64,000 bases of DNA from Verrucomicrobiota bacterium (GCA_050010435.1 JBEKKZ010000006.1:128666-192665), one strand, 5' to 3'; positions 49,148-59,960 are shown, counted from the stretch's first letter. Program-made: numbers and translations. The notes: generated by a model not told the origin, from the sequence alone.

Positions 49148-51142
49148 ATGCAAATTCCATTCAAACCAGTTCGGCAGACCAAATCAGGCTTTGCCTTGAT
49201 GACCACGCTGGCGTTTTTGGTCGCCAGCCTGCTCGTTTTCGCCAGCATAATGTATTTGATTTGCGGCGACTCCAAGATAACGTCGCAAAACCAACAATAC
49301 AACATCAGCCAGGCCGCCGCTGAGGGCGCCACCGAAATGGTCGTCGCCCAAATGGATCGCGATTTTCTCTATCAAAACCTGCAAGCCGCCAGTGTTTACC
49401 AGGGGATGATCCCCACCAGCATCATGCTGACCAACAACTGGCCGGTGCAATTCCAGTTCAGCGCCACCAACGGCGCGGCGAACCAAATCAGCGTGAACAT
49501 ATATCCGTTAAATTACAGCACCAACTGGGTCATATTGAACGACTCACAATTCAACGGCTTGAATGCCACCGTGGCAAATTGCGTGGTGGCTGCCGTGGCA
49601 ACGCCAATCGGCCAAAGTTACCAGACGCCAGCCACAGTCATCCAGTCGTTGCAAATGGCCTCCATCCCTGTTTTCCAATACGGCGTCTTCTTCAACATGG
49701 ACATGGATCTCAGCAACGGCAAGCCGATGATCATGAACGGCAAGACCTTCGTTAATGGAAACATCTGGATGTATCCGCAGGCTTCAATGACCTTCAATGG
49801 CAGCGTCATGGCCACCTTGTTGGTCACCAACGCTGATGATCCCAATGACCAGCAGAATTTAACCAGCTATACGGCGCCGACTTACAACTTCACTGACAAC
49901 GGCGGCAAGCCGCTCTCCAAGGCGAACGCGGTGTCCCTGCCAATCGGCGGCCCCAATAGCAATCCGACCAATATCGAAGCCATTCTTAATCTGCCGCCCG
50001 CAGGCGTGGCTGTGCCGAACGATGCCGGCTACGCGCCCTCCAACCAGGTCTATAAATATAATCAGGCCGATCTTATCATTTCCAATTCCGCCACCGGCAT
50101 TGGTACCAACAGTGTCTGGAGCACCAACCTCAGCGTCTATTACGATGACCAATATAGTTCTCCCCGTCTGACTCTGCTCACGAACGATTTGCAATGGCCC
50201 GTCATTAAGACGAACGGGAGCGGAGCGGGAGCAACCTACACGACAAATATAATGAAGTTTTATTCCTTTGTGACGAACGTCACTTTCTACGATTTCCGCG
50301 AACAAGACACGGTGCAGGCCGTTCAAATTGACATTGCTAAATTCAATATCTGGCTGACAAACACCGCCACGCGCGCCAGCGGTGGCATCACCAACCAAAT
50401 CGCCGGTTACCCCTGGAACGCTCAAAACTTTACCGACAAGGGCCATGGCATAAACTCCATTTACGTTTACAACAGTGTAAGTGGCGCCTCAACGCTCCAG
50501 GCCGTCCGGGTTGTCAACGGACAGCAAATGCCGTCGTCAACCAGTGGCAGTTACTTTACCGCAGGTCTCACCGTCGCCACACCCATGCCGCTTTATGTGC
50601 TGGGCAATTACAATATCCAGACCAACAGCGGCGGCAGCCAATCCGTCACCACGACCAATACCTCCTGGACCTACCCCGCCGGGCTTATGGGCGACGCCAT
50701 CACCATCCTTTCCACCAACTGGAATGATGGTAACAGCCTTGCCAAAAGTGGTAGCAGTTACAACCCTCCTGAATCCAGTTCTGGTAATCGGGTTGCCACC
50801 ACCACCACTGTCAACGCCGGGTGTCTCGAAGGCATCGTCCCCTCTACCTACGCTGGGAAAAAACAATATAGCGGCGGCTTGGAGAATTTCCTCCGCTTGC
50901 AGGAAGACTGGAGCACGTCTAGTGCAACGCTGTGTTATAACGGTTCAATCATCGTCATGTTCCCAAGCCTCTACGCGACGAATTACTGGATTGGCCCCTC
51001 AGACCGATCCGGATACCCCAATCACAACTACACCGTTCCCACGCGCCAATGGGGTTTCGACGTGAACTTTCAGAATCAAAGCAAACTGCCGCCAATGACG
51101 CCCCAGGTCAAAGCCATGATTCGCGGCCAGTGGTCGCGGTAA
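49148..51142 (+). CDS. large pseudopilin-like/PilX-like secreted protein
   Basis: KSGFALMTTLAFLVASLLVFASIMYL is an N-terminal hydrophobic helix. The body is long and Asn/Thr-rich. It is the third gene of the pilin-like operon. Confidence 0.5.
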   Translation: MQIPFKPVRQTKSGFALMTTLAFLVASLLVFASIMYLICGDSKITSQNQQYNISQAAAEGATEMVVAQMDRDFLYQNLQAASVYQGMIPTSIMLTNNWPVQFQFSATNGAANQISVNIYPLNYSTNWVILNDSQFNGLNATVANCVVAAVATPIGQSYQTPATVIQSLQMASIPVFQYGVFFNMDMDLSNGKPMIMNGKTFVNGNIWMYPQASMTFNGSVMATLLVTNADDPNDQQNLTSYTAPTYNFTDNGGKPLSKANAVSLPIGGPNSNPTNIEAILNLPPAGVAVPNDAGYAPSNQVYKYNQADLIISNSATGIGTNSVWSTNLSVYYDDQYSSPRLTLLTNDLQWPVIKTNGSGAGATYTTNIMKFYSFVTNVTFYDFREQDTVQAVQIDIAKFNIWLTNTATRASGGITNQIAGYPWNAQNFTDKGHGINSIYVYNSVSGASTLQAVRVVNGQQMPSSTSGSYFTAGLTVATPMPLYVLGNYNIQTNSGGSQSVTTTNTSWTYPAGLMGDAITILSTNWNDGNSLAKSGSSYNPPESSSGNRVATTTTVNAGCLEGIVPSTYAGKKQYSGGLENFLRLQEDWSTSSATLCYNGSIIVMFPSLYATNYWIGPSDRSGYPNHNYTVPTRQWGFDVNFQNQSKLPPMTPQVKAMIRGQWSR

Positions 51143-51354
51143 GTTTGCCGTGCTGCTTCACAAGCGCATCCATCAGTTGTAGCGTCGAGCCGGCCGGCCG
51201 CGCCAACCTGTCTCGCGCCGAAGCGAAATGCAGGCGGAAGCGCGCCGGCGGGTGGCCCGATTAAACCGGCTCATCCCGCATCGCGGGACCGACGCACCCC
51301 TTTCTGATTGGGATATTTCTTCCGCTCGCCCGTTCGCACTCATAAACTGCCGGC

Positions 51355-52392
51355 GTGAAAGCCGCCATCCTGCACGGCAGGGAAAAAATTCAAATTGAGG
51401 ACGTCACGCCGCCCGCGCTCAAACCGGGCGAAGTCCGCATCCGCATCGAAGCCGCGCTTACCTGCGGCACGGATTTGAAGGTTTTCAAACGCGGTTATCA
51501 CGCCAAAATGATCGTGCCCCCCGCCGTCTTCGGCCATGAACTCGCCGGCGTGGTTTCGGAGTTGGGAGATGGCAGTTCGGAGTTGGGATGGAAAATCGGC
51601 GACCGTGTAGTCGTGGCCAATTCCGCGCCGTGCGGCGGCTGTTTTCATTGCCGCGCCGGTCAGGAAAATCTTTGCGAAGACTTGTTGTTTCTCAACGGCG
51701 CTTACGCTGAATCCATCGCCGTTCCCGCGCGGCTCGTCCAGAAAAATCTCCTGCGCCTCAAGCCGGAAACCCGTTTCCGCGACGCCGCGCTCGTCGAACC
51801 GCTCGCCTGCGTCGTGCAAGGCGTCGAGGACACGCAACTGCGCGCCGGACAAAACGTGCTGGTCATCGGCGCCGGGCCGATTGGTTTGATGTTCGTCGTG
51901 CTGGCCAAAAAGCTCGGCTGCCACGTCACCGTCGCCGGCCGGCGCGCACCACGACTGGAAGCCGCGCAACGGCTCGGCGCGGACGAAGTGGTTGACATCG
52001 GCGACGGCAGCGGACTGGTCACCAAAGTTCGCGAAGCAACGAAGACGCATTTTGACGTCGTGATTGAGGCCGTCGGCCAGCCGGTGGTTTGGGAAGCAGC
52101 CGCGCACCTTGTGCGCAAAGGCGGCGCGGTGAATTTTTTTGGCGGCTGCCCGTCCGGCACCACCATCACGCTCGACACGACGCTCATCCATTATTCCAAC
52201 CTCACCCTGCTCGCGAGTTTCCATCACACGCCGCGCACGATCCGGCGGGCGTTGGAATTCATCGAAACGGGCGTGATTCGCGCGGCGGATTTTGTGGATG
52301 GCGAATGTCCGCTGACGCAGTTGCCGGAGTTGTTCAAATCCATGGCCGCGGGCAATCGTGTCATCAAAACATTGATCCGCCTGCATGAGTGA
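51355..52392 (+). CDS. zinc-dependent medium-chain alcohol/polyol dehydrogenase
   Basis: CGTDLKVFKRGYH...GHELAGVV...CGGCFHCRAGQENLC...VIGAGPIG. Confidence 0.85.
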   Translation: MKAAILHGREKIQIEDVTPPALKPGEVRIRIEAALTCGTDLKVFKRGYHAKMIVPPAVFGHELAGVVSELGDGSSELGWKIGDRVVVANSAPCGGCFHCRAGQENLCEDLLFLNGAYAESIAVPARLVQKNLLRLKPETRFRDAALVEPLACVVQGVEDTQLRAGQNVLVIGAGPIGLMFVVLAKKLGCHVTVAGRRAPRLEAAQRLGADEVVDIGDGSGLVTKVREATKTHFDVVIEAVGQPVVWEAAAHLVRKGGAVNFFGGCPSGTTITLDTTLIHYSNLTLLASFHHTPRTIRRALEFIETGVIRAADFVDGECPLTQLPELFKSMAAGNRVIKTLIRLHE

Positions 52393-52446
52393 AAATTGCG
52401 GGGCGATGCTTGCCGCGTTGGAGCAAAGACATGTGGGCCTTGACGG

Positions 52447-52597
52447 GAATTCCGAATGCCGAATGTCGAAATCCGAAATCCCGCAAAGCGGGACGAACTC
52501 CGAGGTCCGAAACAACCAAATTGCCAGCCCAATTTTCGGTCTTCGGGTTTCGAAATTCGGGCTTCTTTCGGAATTCGGATTTCGAGCTTCGGATTTT
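52447..52597. repeat. long imperfect palindrome built from CCGAAT/CGAAAT heptamer-like units between convergent genes
   Basis: GAATTCCGAATGCCGAATGTCGAAATCCGAAATCC lies opposite ...TTTCGAAATTCGGGCTTCTTTCGGAATTCGGATTTCGAGCTTCGGATTTT. There is an inner hairpin CCCGCAAAGCGGG. Confidence 0.65.
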
Positions 52598-52600
52598 AAA

Positions 52601-54130
52601 TCACGGCTTCAAAAAATCCTCCAGGTCCCTCTGCAATTTCTGCAGGTCGGGCAGGTTGACATACATCATGTGGCCGGCGTCGAACTCGGCGTAGGTGATG
52701 TTTGTGCGGTAGGCGGCGTCGAGCTGCATGTGTTCGAGCGCGTAGCGCATCGTGTCAATTGGGCAGACCAGGTCGCGCCGTCCACCCAGCACGAGTATTC
52801 GCATATATGGATTTTGATTCATCGTGGACGCTAGCCGGTTCCCCGCGGTGGCATAGCTGTTGCGCACGCCGTAATTCCACGGCTGCACGCCGGCCAGAAT
52901 TTCATAAGGCAAATCGTCCTCGAATTTTAATTCCCCGCGCGCATAACTGTTCATCGCCGCGGAAAACGGCCCGAGCGTCGCCGCGCTGGACGGGTCAAAG
53001 TCGGGTCGCGGCGACGCGGGGTCGTCGTCGCGTCCGGTGATGCGCGCGTCGTAAGCGCCTAGGATCAAGCCCTGATCGTGCAGCAATTGCTTGCGGAACA
53101 CGCTGCTGTCCACCCGCAGATGGTTGTCTTCGATGACTTGCGGCGAAAGGCCGGTGAGCCGCGCGAGTTCGGCAACGACTTTTTTGCGTTCGGCGGCGGG
53201 CAGCGATTTGCCTTGTTGCAGGGCGGAAGCGTATTCGCCTTGGGCAAATTCGCGCGCCTCGGCGAGCGCTTTGGGCAAATCGGATTGCAACTCGGGCGGC
53301 AATTTTTTGTGGAACTGCGCCGCCGCCGTGTAGGCGGGCAAAAAGAGCGGGAACGGCAAATCGTTGCCCGGCTGGTCAATGATGGTGCCAAAATCCAAAA
53401 CGCCGGAGACCAAAATCAGGCCGCTTAAATACATTCCGTAACGGGAGCGCAAGTGGTCGGCGAGCCCCGCCGCGCGAAAGACGCCGTAGCTTTCGCCGCA
53501 GAGATATTTCGGCGAGAGCCAGCGTTCGTGCCGCGTCGTCCAGAGCCGGATGAATTCGCCGACGGAATCGAGATCGGCGGAATCGCCGAAAAATTGATCG
53601 GGCTTTTCGTCTTTCCCCGGGCGGCTGAAACCGGTGGCGATCGGATCAATGAACACCAGATCGCTGCCGTCCAAAATGGAATACTCGTTGTCCACCAGGC
53701 CGAATGGCAGCGGCGGCAAGGTGCCGTCCGCGTTCATTTTCACGCGGCGCGGGCCGAGCGCGCCGAGATGCAGCCACACGGACGACGAGCCGGGCCCGCC
53801 ATTGAAACAAAACGTGACGGGCCGCGCGGCCAGGTTGGTCTGGCCGGTGCGCGTGTAAGCGACGTAAAAAACCGACGCGCGGGAAGTGCCGTCGGTTTTG
53901 AGAATGGGCAACATTCCGGTTTCCGCAACGTAAGTCACGCGCCGGCCGGCGATGGCCACGGCGTTCGTCGTGAAGACCGGCTTGTGGGTGGCATCGGGAA
54001 TCGTCCCGGCTTCAACTTTCGCGGCCGGCGGCTCGTTGGTGCCGCCGGCGGGCGAATTGGTTTTGGGCGCATCGGCGGCCCGCAGGCCGGCGGCGAAGGC
54101 CAGGAGCAAAATCCAGTTGTGTTTTTTCAT
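52601..54130 (-). CDS. secreted S10-family serine carboxypeptidase-like protein
   Basis: A signal peptide, then FCFNGGPGSSSVW and LCGESYGVF (the catalytic Ser motif). Confidence 0.8.
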   Translation of the reverse strand: MKKHNWILLLAFAAGLRAADAPKTNSPAGGTNEPPAAKVEAGTIPDATHKPVFTTNAVAIAGRRVTYVAETGMLPILKTDGTSRASVFYVAYTRTGQTNLAARPVTFCFNGGPGSSSVWLHLGALGPRRVKMNADGTLPPLPFGLVDNEYSILDGSDLVFIDPIATGFSRPGKDEKPDQFFGDSADLDSVGEFIRLWTTRHERWLSPKYLCGESYGVFRAAGLADHLRSRYGMYLSGLILVSGVLDFGTIIDQPGNDLPFPLFLPAYTAAAQFHKKLPPELQSDLPKALAEAREFAQGEYASALQQGKSLPAAERKKVVAELARLTGLSPQVIEDNHLRVDSSVFRKQLLHDQGLILGAYDARITGRDDDPASPRPDFDPSSAATLGPFSAAMNSYARGELKFEDDLPYEILAGVQPWNYGVRNSYATAGNRLASTMNQNPYMRILVLGGRRDLVCPIDTMRYALEHMQLDAAYRTNITYAEFDAGHMMYVNLPDLQKLQRDLEDFLKP

Positions 54131-54576
54131 TGGCAGTTCTTCGTTTTTGCGTCAGGGAAAATGCGCTTTCGTCCTCGGAAACGCAAGTGGTGTGTCGAAC
54201 GGGTTACCGTTGGGTTGCCGTTTTGTGAATTGTGTGAAAATGTTAACAACTTTTCCGGGAAGTTCTTGCCAGCGACCGCAATTCGTGAGAAAACGCTTTC
54301 GTCGTCAACCCTGACCGGTTCGCGCGCGAGAAAAATGATCGTTTCGATTTTGCCGGCAGCATGAGCAAGGCTATGTTTGAAAGCAGCAAAACGGTTTGCA
54401 AAAAAATCTTCGCGGATTTTTTATTTCCGGCAAGGGCGGCAAAACATGGCTCAATAGTTTCCAAAATGTCACGCAGGCCCGGCGTGTTTAGTGTAAAATT
54501 CAACCGCAAACGTAATTATGCCTGAAACTCAAATAATATCAGCCAGCCAGAGAAAACATTCAAACAAGAACGACCT

Positions 54577-56790
54577 ATGAAAAAGATAACAACCTTAATA
54601 ACAACCTTTGTCATCCTTGCATTTTTTGCAGCCCTGTCCGCGCGTGCAAATGTGCTTTTCCACGATACATTGAATTACCCAAACGGATGTATTGAAACCG
54701 ACGGTTTATGGTATGCCTACTCGCCGGCCGTGCCGAAACTGGACGCCATGGTGACGAATGATCTTTTGATTCTCAATCAAAACAATTATGACAGCGTCGC
54801 GGCGCCATCCAACAATTTCACCAACACTCCGGGAAACACGATTGTGTATGCGAGTTTTATCATCAATGTCAGCTCGCTGCCGACGTCCAGTGGCGGTTAC
54901 GTCGCCAATTTCAAAGACAACACCAATGACTACGTTGGTCACGTTTTTATTGTCACCAAAGGTACGGTAGTGCCCGGAACCTATCGGTTGGCCATTGATA
55001 ATGGCGCCAGTTATTCGACTGCGGGTGGTGTTGCATTTTTCCCGTTGGATTTGGCCACCGGCATCACCTATCAGGTTGTTTTCAGCTACGATCCGAACAA
55101 TAATGCTCCCTTGGCTGGTTCAACTCTCTGGGTCAATCCAGCTTCGGATTCGGATGCCAATGTTTATGGGACCGACACTCTGTCCAATCCCGCTCAAGAA
55201 AACATAGTGATTTCGCAGATTTCTTTCAGCCAAGACGCCTATATAGGAGTGGCAGCGATCAGCAATGTCATTGTTGGCACAACCTTCAGCGATGTGTTCA
55301 ACAGTACCCCTCAAATTCCTGTGATTGGCATCGGACCGCAAAGCACCAATAATTATACAGGTTACAATGTGACGCTTTATGTGGCGGCGTCCGGCCTCGG
55401 CCAGTTGAGCTATCACTGGCTTTCCAATAGCGTTCCGCTTTCCGACGGCACCTACGTTTCAGGCTCGGTGTCCAATGTGCTCACTTTGACCGATGTGCAA
55501 AACACCGCCAATTACAGTGCTGTCGTTGCCAACTCGGCGGGCAGCATCACCAGCGCGCCGGCGGTGGTTTCGGTTATCGCCACGCCCGCGCCGCCGTTTT
55601 TCATCACCCAGCCGTATGGTGCGACCAATTCTTACGGTTCCACCATCACCTTGACTGCGGTTGCCAATGGCTCCGGGCCGTTGACTTATCAATGGTATGC
55701 TAATACCAATAGCACCATTTTTTCTGCTGTGCCGGGACAAACCAACTCGACCTTGACCTTGGCCGACGTCACTTTCACGGAATCGGGATACTATTACCTT
55801 CAAGTCACCGGGGCATATCCCCCTGCAACAAACAGTGTCACCAACATTGTGCTGGTAGTGCCGCCGGCCTTGGTACCGATTGGCTTCCTGCACTCTCTGA
55901 TGGTTTCAAATAATTACGAATTTAATGATATCGCGGGCACGACAATATTTACGGTTCAGGGTGTGGTAACGTCTTTTGGTTGCGTACAATCAAAAACATA
56001 CTCTGACTACTTTATTCAAGATGGGACGGGTGGTGCGCTGGTATACGTTGGAAGCCCAAACACCAACATAGTGCCCGTTGGCGCCTTGGTGAGTGTGACG
56101 GGTGAAATAGAGCAGTTTTATGGAGAATTGGAAGTGGAACCGGGCAGCCCCACCAACGTAACTGTAATCAGTTACAACAACCCGTTGCCGGCACCCGCGT
56201 TGCTCAACCTTCCGTTGATGTCAACCAATCCGATGGGCCCTTACGGGCTTGGCATCCAATGTTCACTGGTCACAATTACCAATGTGTATCTTTACTCCTC
56301 ATCAGCGGGCGCTGCGGTCGGCAATTTCCCAGCTTTCCCAGCTACCAGCTACTTTGACCTCTATGCGTTCGCCAAACCATACTCAACCACCAACCCGCAG
56401 CCGTATCTGGAGATTTTTCTTTGCCTTAGTACTAACGCTGTGAACCAGTTAAACACCAATTTCTTTGGCAAACCGGTACCCAGCTTTGTTTATCAATTGA
56501 CCGGGGCAATGGGGATGGACTCGCCCAACGCCGAGCTTGTTCCGTCGCGTTATGCGGATTTTGTCACCAATGCGCCCGCGCCCTTTGCGGCTGGCTTGAC
56601 GGTAAGCAATGGCGTTTCCCAACTGACCTGGCCGGCAGGGGTGGCCGGCTCGACTTACAGCGTCTATAGCGCCACGAACCTCCTCGGCCCGTGGACGCAG
56701 ACCTTTGGGTTGGGTTATTATCCGAGCATCGGCCTTTATAAGGCAACCAATTCTGCCGCCACCCAGTTCTATAGAGTCAGCACGCCATGA
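54577..56790 (+). CDS. large secreted protein with Ig-like repeats and an OB-like domain
   Basis: Signal peptide MKKITTLITTFVILAFFAALSARA. The Ig I-set-like repeats are ...VTLYVAASGLGQLSYHWLSN...ANYSAVVANSAGSITS. The C-terminal tail ends ...TQFYRVSTP. Confidence 0.6.
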   Translation: MKKITTLITTFVILAFFAALSARANVLFHDTLNYPNGCIETDGLWYAYSPAVPKLDAMVTNDLLILNQNNYDSVAAPSNNFTNTPGNTIVYASFIINVSSLPTSSGGYVANFKDNTNDYVGHVFIVTKGTVVPGTYRLAIDNGASYSTAGGVAFFPLDLATGITYQVVFSYDPNNNAPLAGSTLWVNPASDSDANVYGTDTLSNPAQENIVISQISFSQDAYIGVAAISNVIVGTTFSDVFNSTPQIPVIGIGPQSTNNYTGYNVTLYVAASGLGQLSYHWLSNSVPLSDGTYVSGSVSNVLTLTDVQNTANYSAVVANSAGSITSAPAVVSVIATPAPPFFITQPYGATNSYGSTITLTAVANGSGPLTYQWYANTNSTIFSAVPGQTNSTLTLADVTFTESGYYYLQVTGAYPPATNSVTNIVLVVPPALVPIGFLHSLMVSNNYEFNDIAGTTIFTVQGVVTSFGCVQSKTYSDYFIQDGTGGALVYVGSPNTNIVPVGALVSVTGEIEQFYGELEVEPGSPTNVTVISYNNPLPAPALLNLPLMSTNPMGPYGLGIQCSLVTITNVYLYSSSAGAAVGNFPAFPATSYFDLYAFAKPYSTTNPQPYLEIFLCLSTNAVNQLNTNFFGKPVPSFVYQLTGAMGMDSPNAELVPSRYADFVTNAPAPFAAGLTVSNGVSQLTWPAGVAGSTYSVYSATNLLGPWTQTFGLGYYPSIGLYKATNSAATQFYRVSTP

Positions 56791-56811
56791 TTGCCGGGTC
56801 GGAATTGCGTT

Positions 56812-57783
56812 ATGCGTAAAACAATCAACGCCTCGGGCGTGAATGCCGTCGTCAAAAGGCGCGCATTCACGCTCATTGAGTTGCTCGTGGTCATCGCCGT
56901 CATCGCCATCCTGGCGGCGTTGTTGTTGCCGGTGCTGGCCGGGGCCAAGGCCAAGGCCAAACAGATTGCCTGCGTTTCCAATCTGCGGCAGTGGGGACTG
57001 GCCATCCAAATGTATTCCCCGGACAACAACGACGGCATACCGCGCGATGGTTATGGAGCCGGGAGTGCGTGGTTTGATACTGCAACTTACCCACCGCCAC
57101 CCAATCCTAATCCCCAGCCGACGGGCACTCCGGCTGACCCCAACGCATGGTTCAATCTGCTGCCGCAGTTGTTAGCAGAACGAAATCTGTCTGATTATTA
57201 CATTGACTACACTACTGCACGAGGCTCAAGTCCAACTAAGGCAACCCTCTATATGCCCTTTCCCGGCGGCAAGGGGCCTGTTTGGGAGTGTCCGGCTGCC
57301 AGCATGTCTTTGGCTACGATTAATAATTACTTTAGTAGAACATCCCCCTATTTAAGTCCAGCTGATCCTCCTTGTCTGCAGGTACCTGGTTCTGGCGGTT
57401 TCTTTAGTTATGCCATGAATATTGACTTAAAAAGGTCGCCTGATGACGCCCCGGGTTTCACCAAGGCTTTGCCATACCCGACCATGCCCAAGATGACTAC
57501 TTTTAGAAATCCGTCCGCCGTGGTCTTCATGTTTGACATGGTCTTTGATCCGGTCACTGAAGTTGTCAATGCTCACCCGGAATTTAATTCCGTCAACCCG
57601 GCTGGCCGTCAAAACAGTTTCGCCTCACGTCATAACAAAGGCGGGGTGATCAATTTCTTTGACGGCCATGCCTACTATTTCAAAACCACCTATATCCAAA
57701 GTAATCCTTCCAGCGGCGGCGAAGGCGAACCTTTGCTGGGGGAGGTCATTTGGGACGTGCCGTATCGCGCGTCAAACCCTTGA
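56812..57783 (+). CDS. DUF1559 / H-X9-DG protein with a prepilin-type N-terminal methylation domain
   Basis: [25 protein letters not shown]...[19 protein letters not shown] is the H-X9-DG motif. Confidence 0.8.
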   Translation: MRKTINASGVNAVVKRRAFTLIELLVVIAVIAILAALLLPVLAGAKAKAKQIACVSNLRQWGLAIQMYSPDNNDGIPRDGYGAGSAWFDTATYPPPPNPNPQPTGTPADPNAWFNLLPQLLAERNLSDYYIDYTTARGSSPTKATLYMPFPGGKGPVWECPAASMSLATINNYFSRTSPYLSPADPPCLQVPGSGGFFSYAMNIDLKRSPDDAPGFTKALPYPTMPKMTTFRNPSAVVFMFDMVFDPVTEVVNAHPEFNSVNPAGRQNSFASRHNKGGVINFFDGHAYYFKTTYIQSNPSSGGEGEPLLGEVIWDVPYRASNP

Positions 57784-57983
57784 TTTAACTGCCGCCGCCA
57801 GCGCGTTGCCCATCTGGGCGGCAGGTAAATTTCAAGCGCATGAACTGCATACTCAAGCGGGGGAGAAAAAATACGTTGCCATGCATGTAATCGCAAAAAT
57901 TGTGTCTTCGTGATCGGAATCTGGTTGACTACCCCTTCGCCCAAAATCGTAACGATATCGTAACGCAAGTAAGTAAAAAAACC

Positions 57984-58013
57984 TTGACTTCGTCCCGGGT
58001 TTTAATCATAAAT
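57984..58013 (+). promoter_or_regulatory. sigma70-like promoter candidate for the PEP-CTERM gene
   Basis: TTGACT (57984-57989), an 18-nt spacer, then ATAAAT (58008-58013). It lies about 55 nt upstream of ATG 58068. This is pattern match only. Confidence 0.3.
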
Positions 58014-58067
58014 GGACAGGCAGAAGAAAGATCAGAAAGACAAAGTCCGTTGCAAACACCAGTTCTT

Positions 58068-58913
58068 ATGAAAAAACCAAACCTTATGAAAAAATATTAT
58101 TATTGGTTAACCGGTCTCATCGCATCCACAGTCGTTTTGTTCGCCTCAAACGCTTTGGCCGACAGCGCAGTCAATATCGAAGGTTATCTCAGCGGCACTG
58201 CAGCGACGTATGATAATGCTTCAGGCGCATATCCCGTCATTACTGCTGTTTTGTCTCAGCCGGGAACTCTTGATGGATATACTTATAGAACCTGGGCAAT
58301 CTTAGCCGCAGATTCGACCGGTTCGCTTGATGTGTATGGCGTCATGCCCAGCCTTGGTTTCACGCCGGCTGTAGGCGACGCAATAAGTTTTACAGGAACC
58401 TATTCTCCTTATCATCAAATTCCTGAGCTTGCTACAAATGCAAATGGTTCAAGTTCAATGATTTTATATTCTACTGGAAACGCGGTTTCTTCACCTGGTG
58501 TCTATACAATTCCGACACTGATCGCTTCAGGTACAGGACCCATTCCTCAAAGTATAGCGGGCCATCTTGTGACATTGGACAACGTTTCGCTTTACACAGA
58601 TGCAGCCGCAACCATTCCGGTGTCGGGCAACTTCGCCATCGGCAACAACGTGACTTTGTATGCCAAAGATGGCAGCGGCAATATCATGGAAATATATGAC
58701 TGGGCATCATCTTACTCCACTTGTGGAGCGCTGGGAGGCACCCCGGAGCCAACCGGCCTTGTTGATATTACTGGCTTTGTGTCGCAAGCTTCAACTTTTC
58801 CACCCGAAATGACTCCCTTTTCAATCATCTCCGTTCCCGAGCCAACAACATTGAGCCTGTGCGGTGCGGGCACCTTGCTGGCGTTGATCTTTCGTTTACG
58901 CAGAAAAGCCTGA
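58068..58913 (+). CDS. PEP-CTERM-anchored secreted protein
   Basis: ATG 58068 gives MKKPNLMKKYYYWLTGLIASTVVLFASNALA, a signal peptide. The C-terminus is VPEPTTLSLCGAGTLLALIFRLRRKA (PEP motif, TM helix, basic tail). Confidence 0.75.
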   Translation: MKKPNLMKKYYYWLTGLIASTVVLFASNALADSAVNIEGYLSGTAATYDNASGAYPVITAVLSQPGTLDGYTYRTWAILAADSTGSLDVYGVMPSLGFTPAVGDAISFTGTYSPYHQIPELATNANGSSSMILYSTGNAVSSPGVYTIPTLIASGTGPIPQSIAGHLVTLDNVSLYTDAAATIPVSGNFAIGNNVTLYAKDGSGNIMEIYDWASSYSTCGALGGTPEPTGLVDITGFVSQASTFPPEMTPFSIISVPEPTTLSLCGAGTLLALIFRLRRKA

Positions 58914-58935
58914 GGTTTTTTCTAAAAAATTCAAC

Positions 58936-58961
58936 AGGCGCATCTTCGGGTGCGCCTTTTT
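58936..58961 (+). terminator. rho-independent terminator candidate
   Basis: AGGCGCA-TCTTCGGG-TGCGCCT followed by TTTTT, 23 nt after the stop. Confidence 0.65.
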
Positions 58962-59032
58962 AATTGTGGCGACTAGGGTTGCCGCTCCGCAGTGCTATCT
59001 CATGACATCGTTCCTTTCTGAGAAGATTTTTT

Positions 59033-59341
59033 ACCACGGATGGACACGGCGTAAAGCCGCGTGGCGGCCACGCCGCTATACGCGGATTCACACGGATTGG
59101 AAAGAGGGGAGCACAATGCTTGACACGAATTGCGCGAATTATCGCTAACTGAATTCGGTTAATTTGCGAAATTCGCATCTCGCCCTTATCCGTAATACAA
59201 TAACAAGAGTTCGCGCATTTTGAACAAGGATATTGACCGCAGATGGAACCAATCAAATCTGCGTCCATCAGCGTTTATCTGCGGTTAAGACCTGTGGTCG
59301 CGGCGTAAGCCGCGCTGGGTTTATCTGTGTCCATCCGTGGT
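59033..59341. repeat. repeat-laden non-coding segment bounded by an inverted 15-nt pair
   Basis: ACCACGGATGGACAC (59033-59047) pairs with GTGTCCATCCGTGGT (59327-59341). Internal short repeats include ATCTGCGTCCATCAGCG, TATCTGCGGTTAA and TATCTGTGTCCATCCGTGGTTAA. Confidence 0.4.
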
Positions 59342-59540
59342 TAAAGAAAAAGCTTTGCGGCTCTCTGCGTCCTCGGCGTCTCTGCGTTGAAGGCGTTTCC
59401 GTTTGGTTGCGGCTCCGCCGCGCTGCGCCTTTGTTTTGTAGGGGATGATGAAATTTGCGTGGATCAAGCCATCGAGGCAATCGCGTCGCCCATTTTGAAG
59501 GGCCAACCCCCCGCCAGCCGAAAAACAGCCGGATGAAAAA

Positions 59541-59960
59541 TTACTCCCCGATGATTTTCACCAGCACGCGCTTGCGGCGGCGACCGTCGAATTCACCGTA
59601 GAAAATCTGCTCCCACGGGCCGAAGTCGAGCTTGCCTTTCGTGATGGCCACGACCACTTCGCGACCCATGATTTGCCGCTTCATGTGAGCGTCCGCGTTG
59701 TCCTCGCCGGTGCGGTTATGCTGGTATTGCGACGTCGGCTCGTGCGGCGCGAGTTTCTCGAGCCACACATCGTAATCATGCAGCAAACCGTCTTCAGCGT
59801 CGTTTATGAACACCGACGCCGTTATATGCATGGCATTCACCAAACAGAGGCCCTCTTTGACCCCACTTTTTTTGACCAATTCCTCAACCGTACCGGTGAT
59901 GTTAACGAATCCCCGGCGATTCGGGACTTCAAACCAAAGATGCTCAGTCAAATATTTCAT
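59541..59960 (-). CDS. yjbQ: YjbQ-family (UPF0047) secondary thiamine-phosphate synthase-like protein
   Basis: [63 protein letters not shown]...[16 protein letters not shown]... Confidence 0.85.
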   Translation of the reverse strand: MKYLTEHLWFEVPNRRGFVNITGTVEELVKKSGVKEGLCLVNAMHITASVFINDAEDGLLHDYDVWLEKLAPHEPTSQYQHNRTGEDNADAHMKRQIMGREVVVAITKGKLDFGPWEQIFYGEFDGRRRKRVLVKIIGE

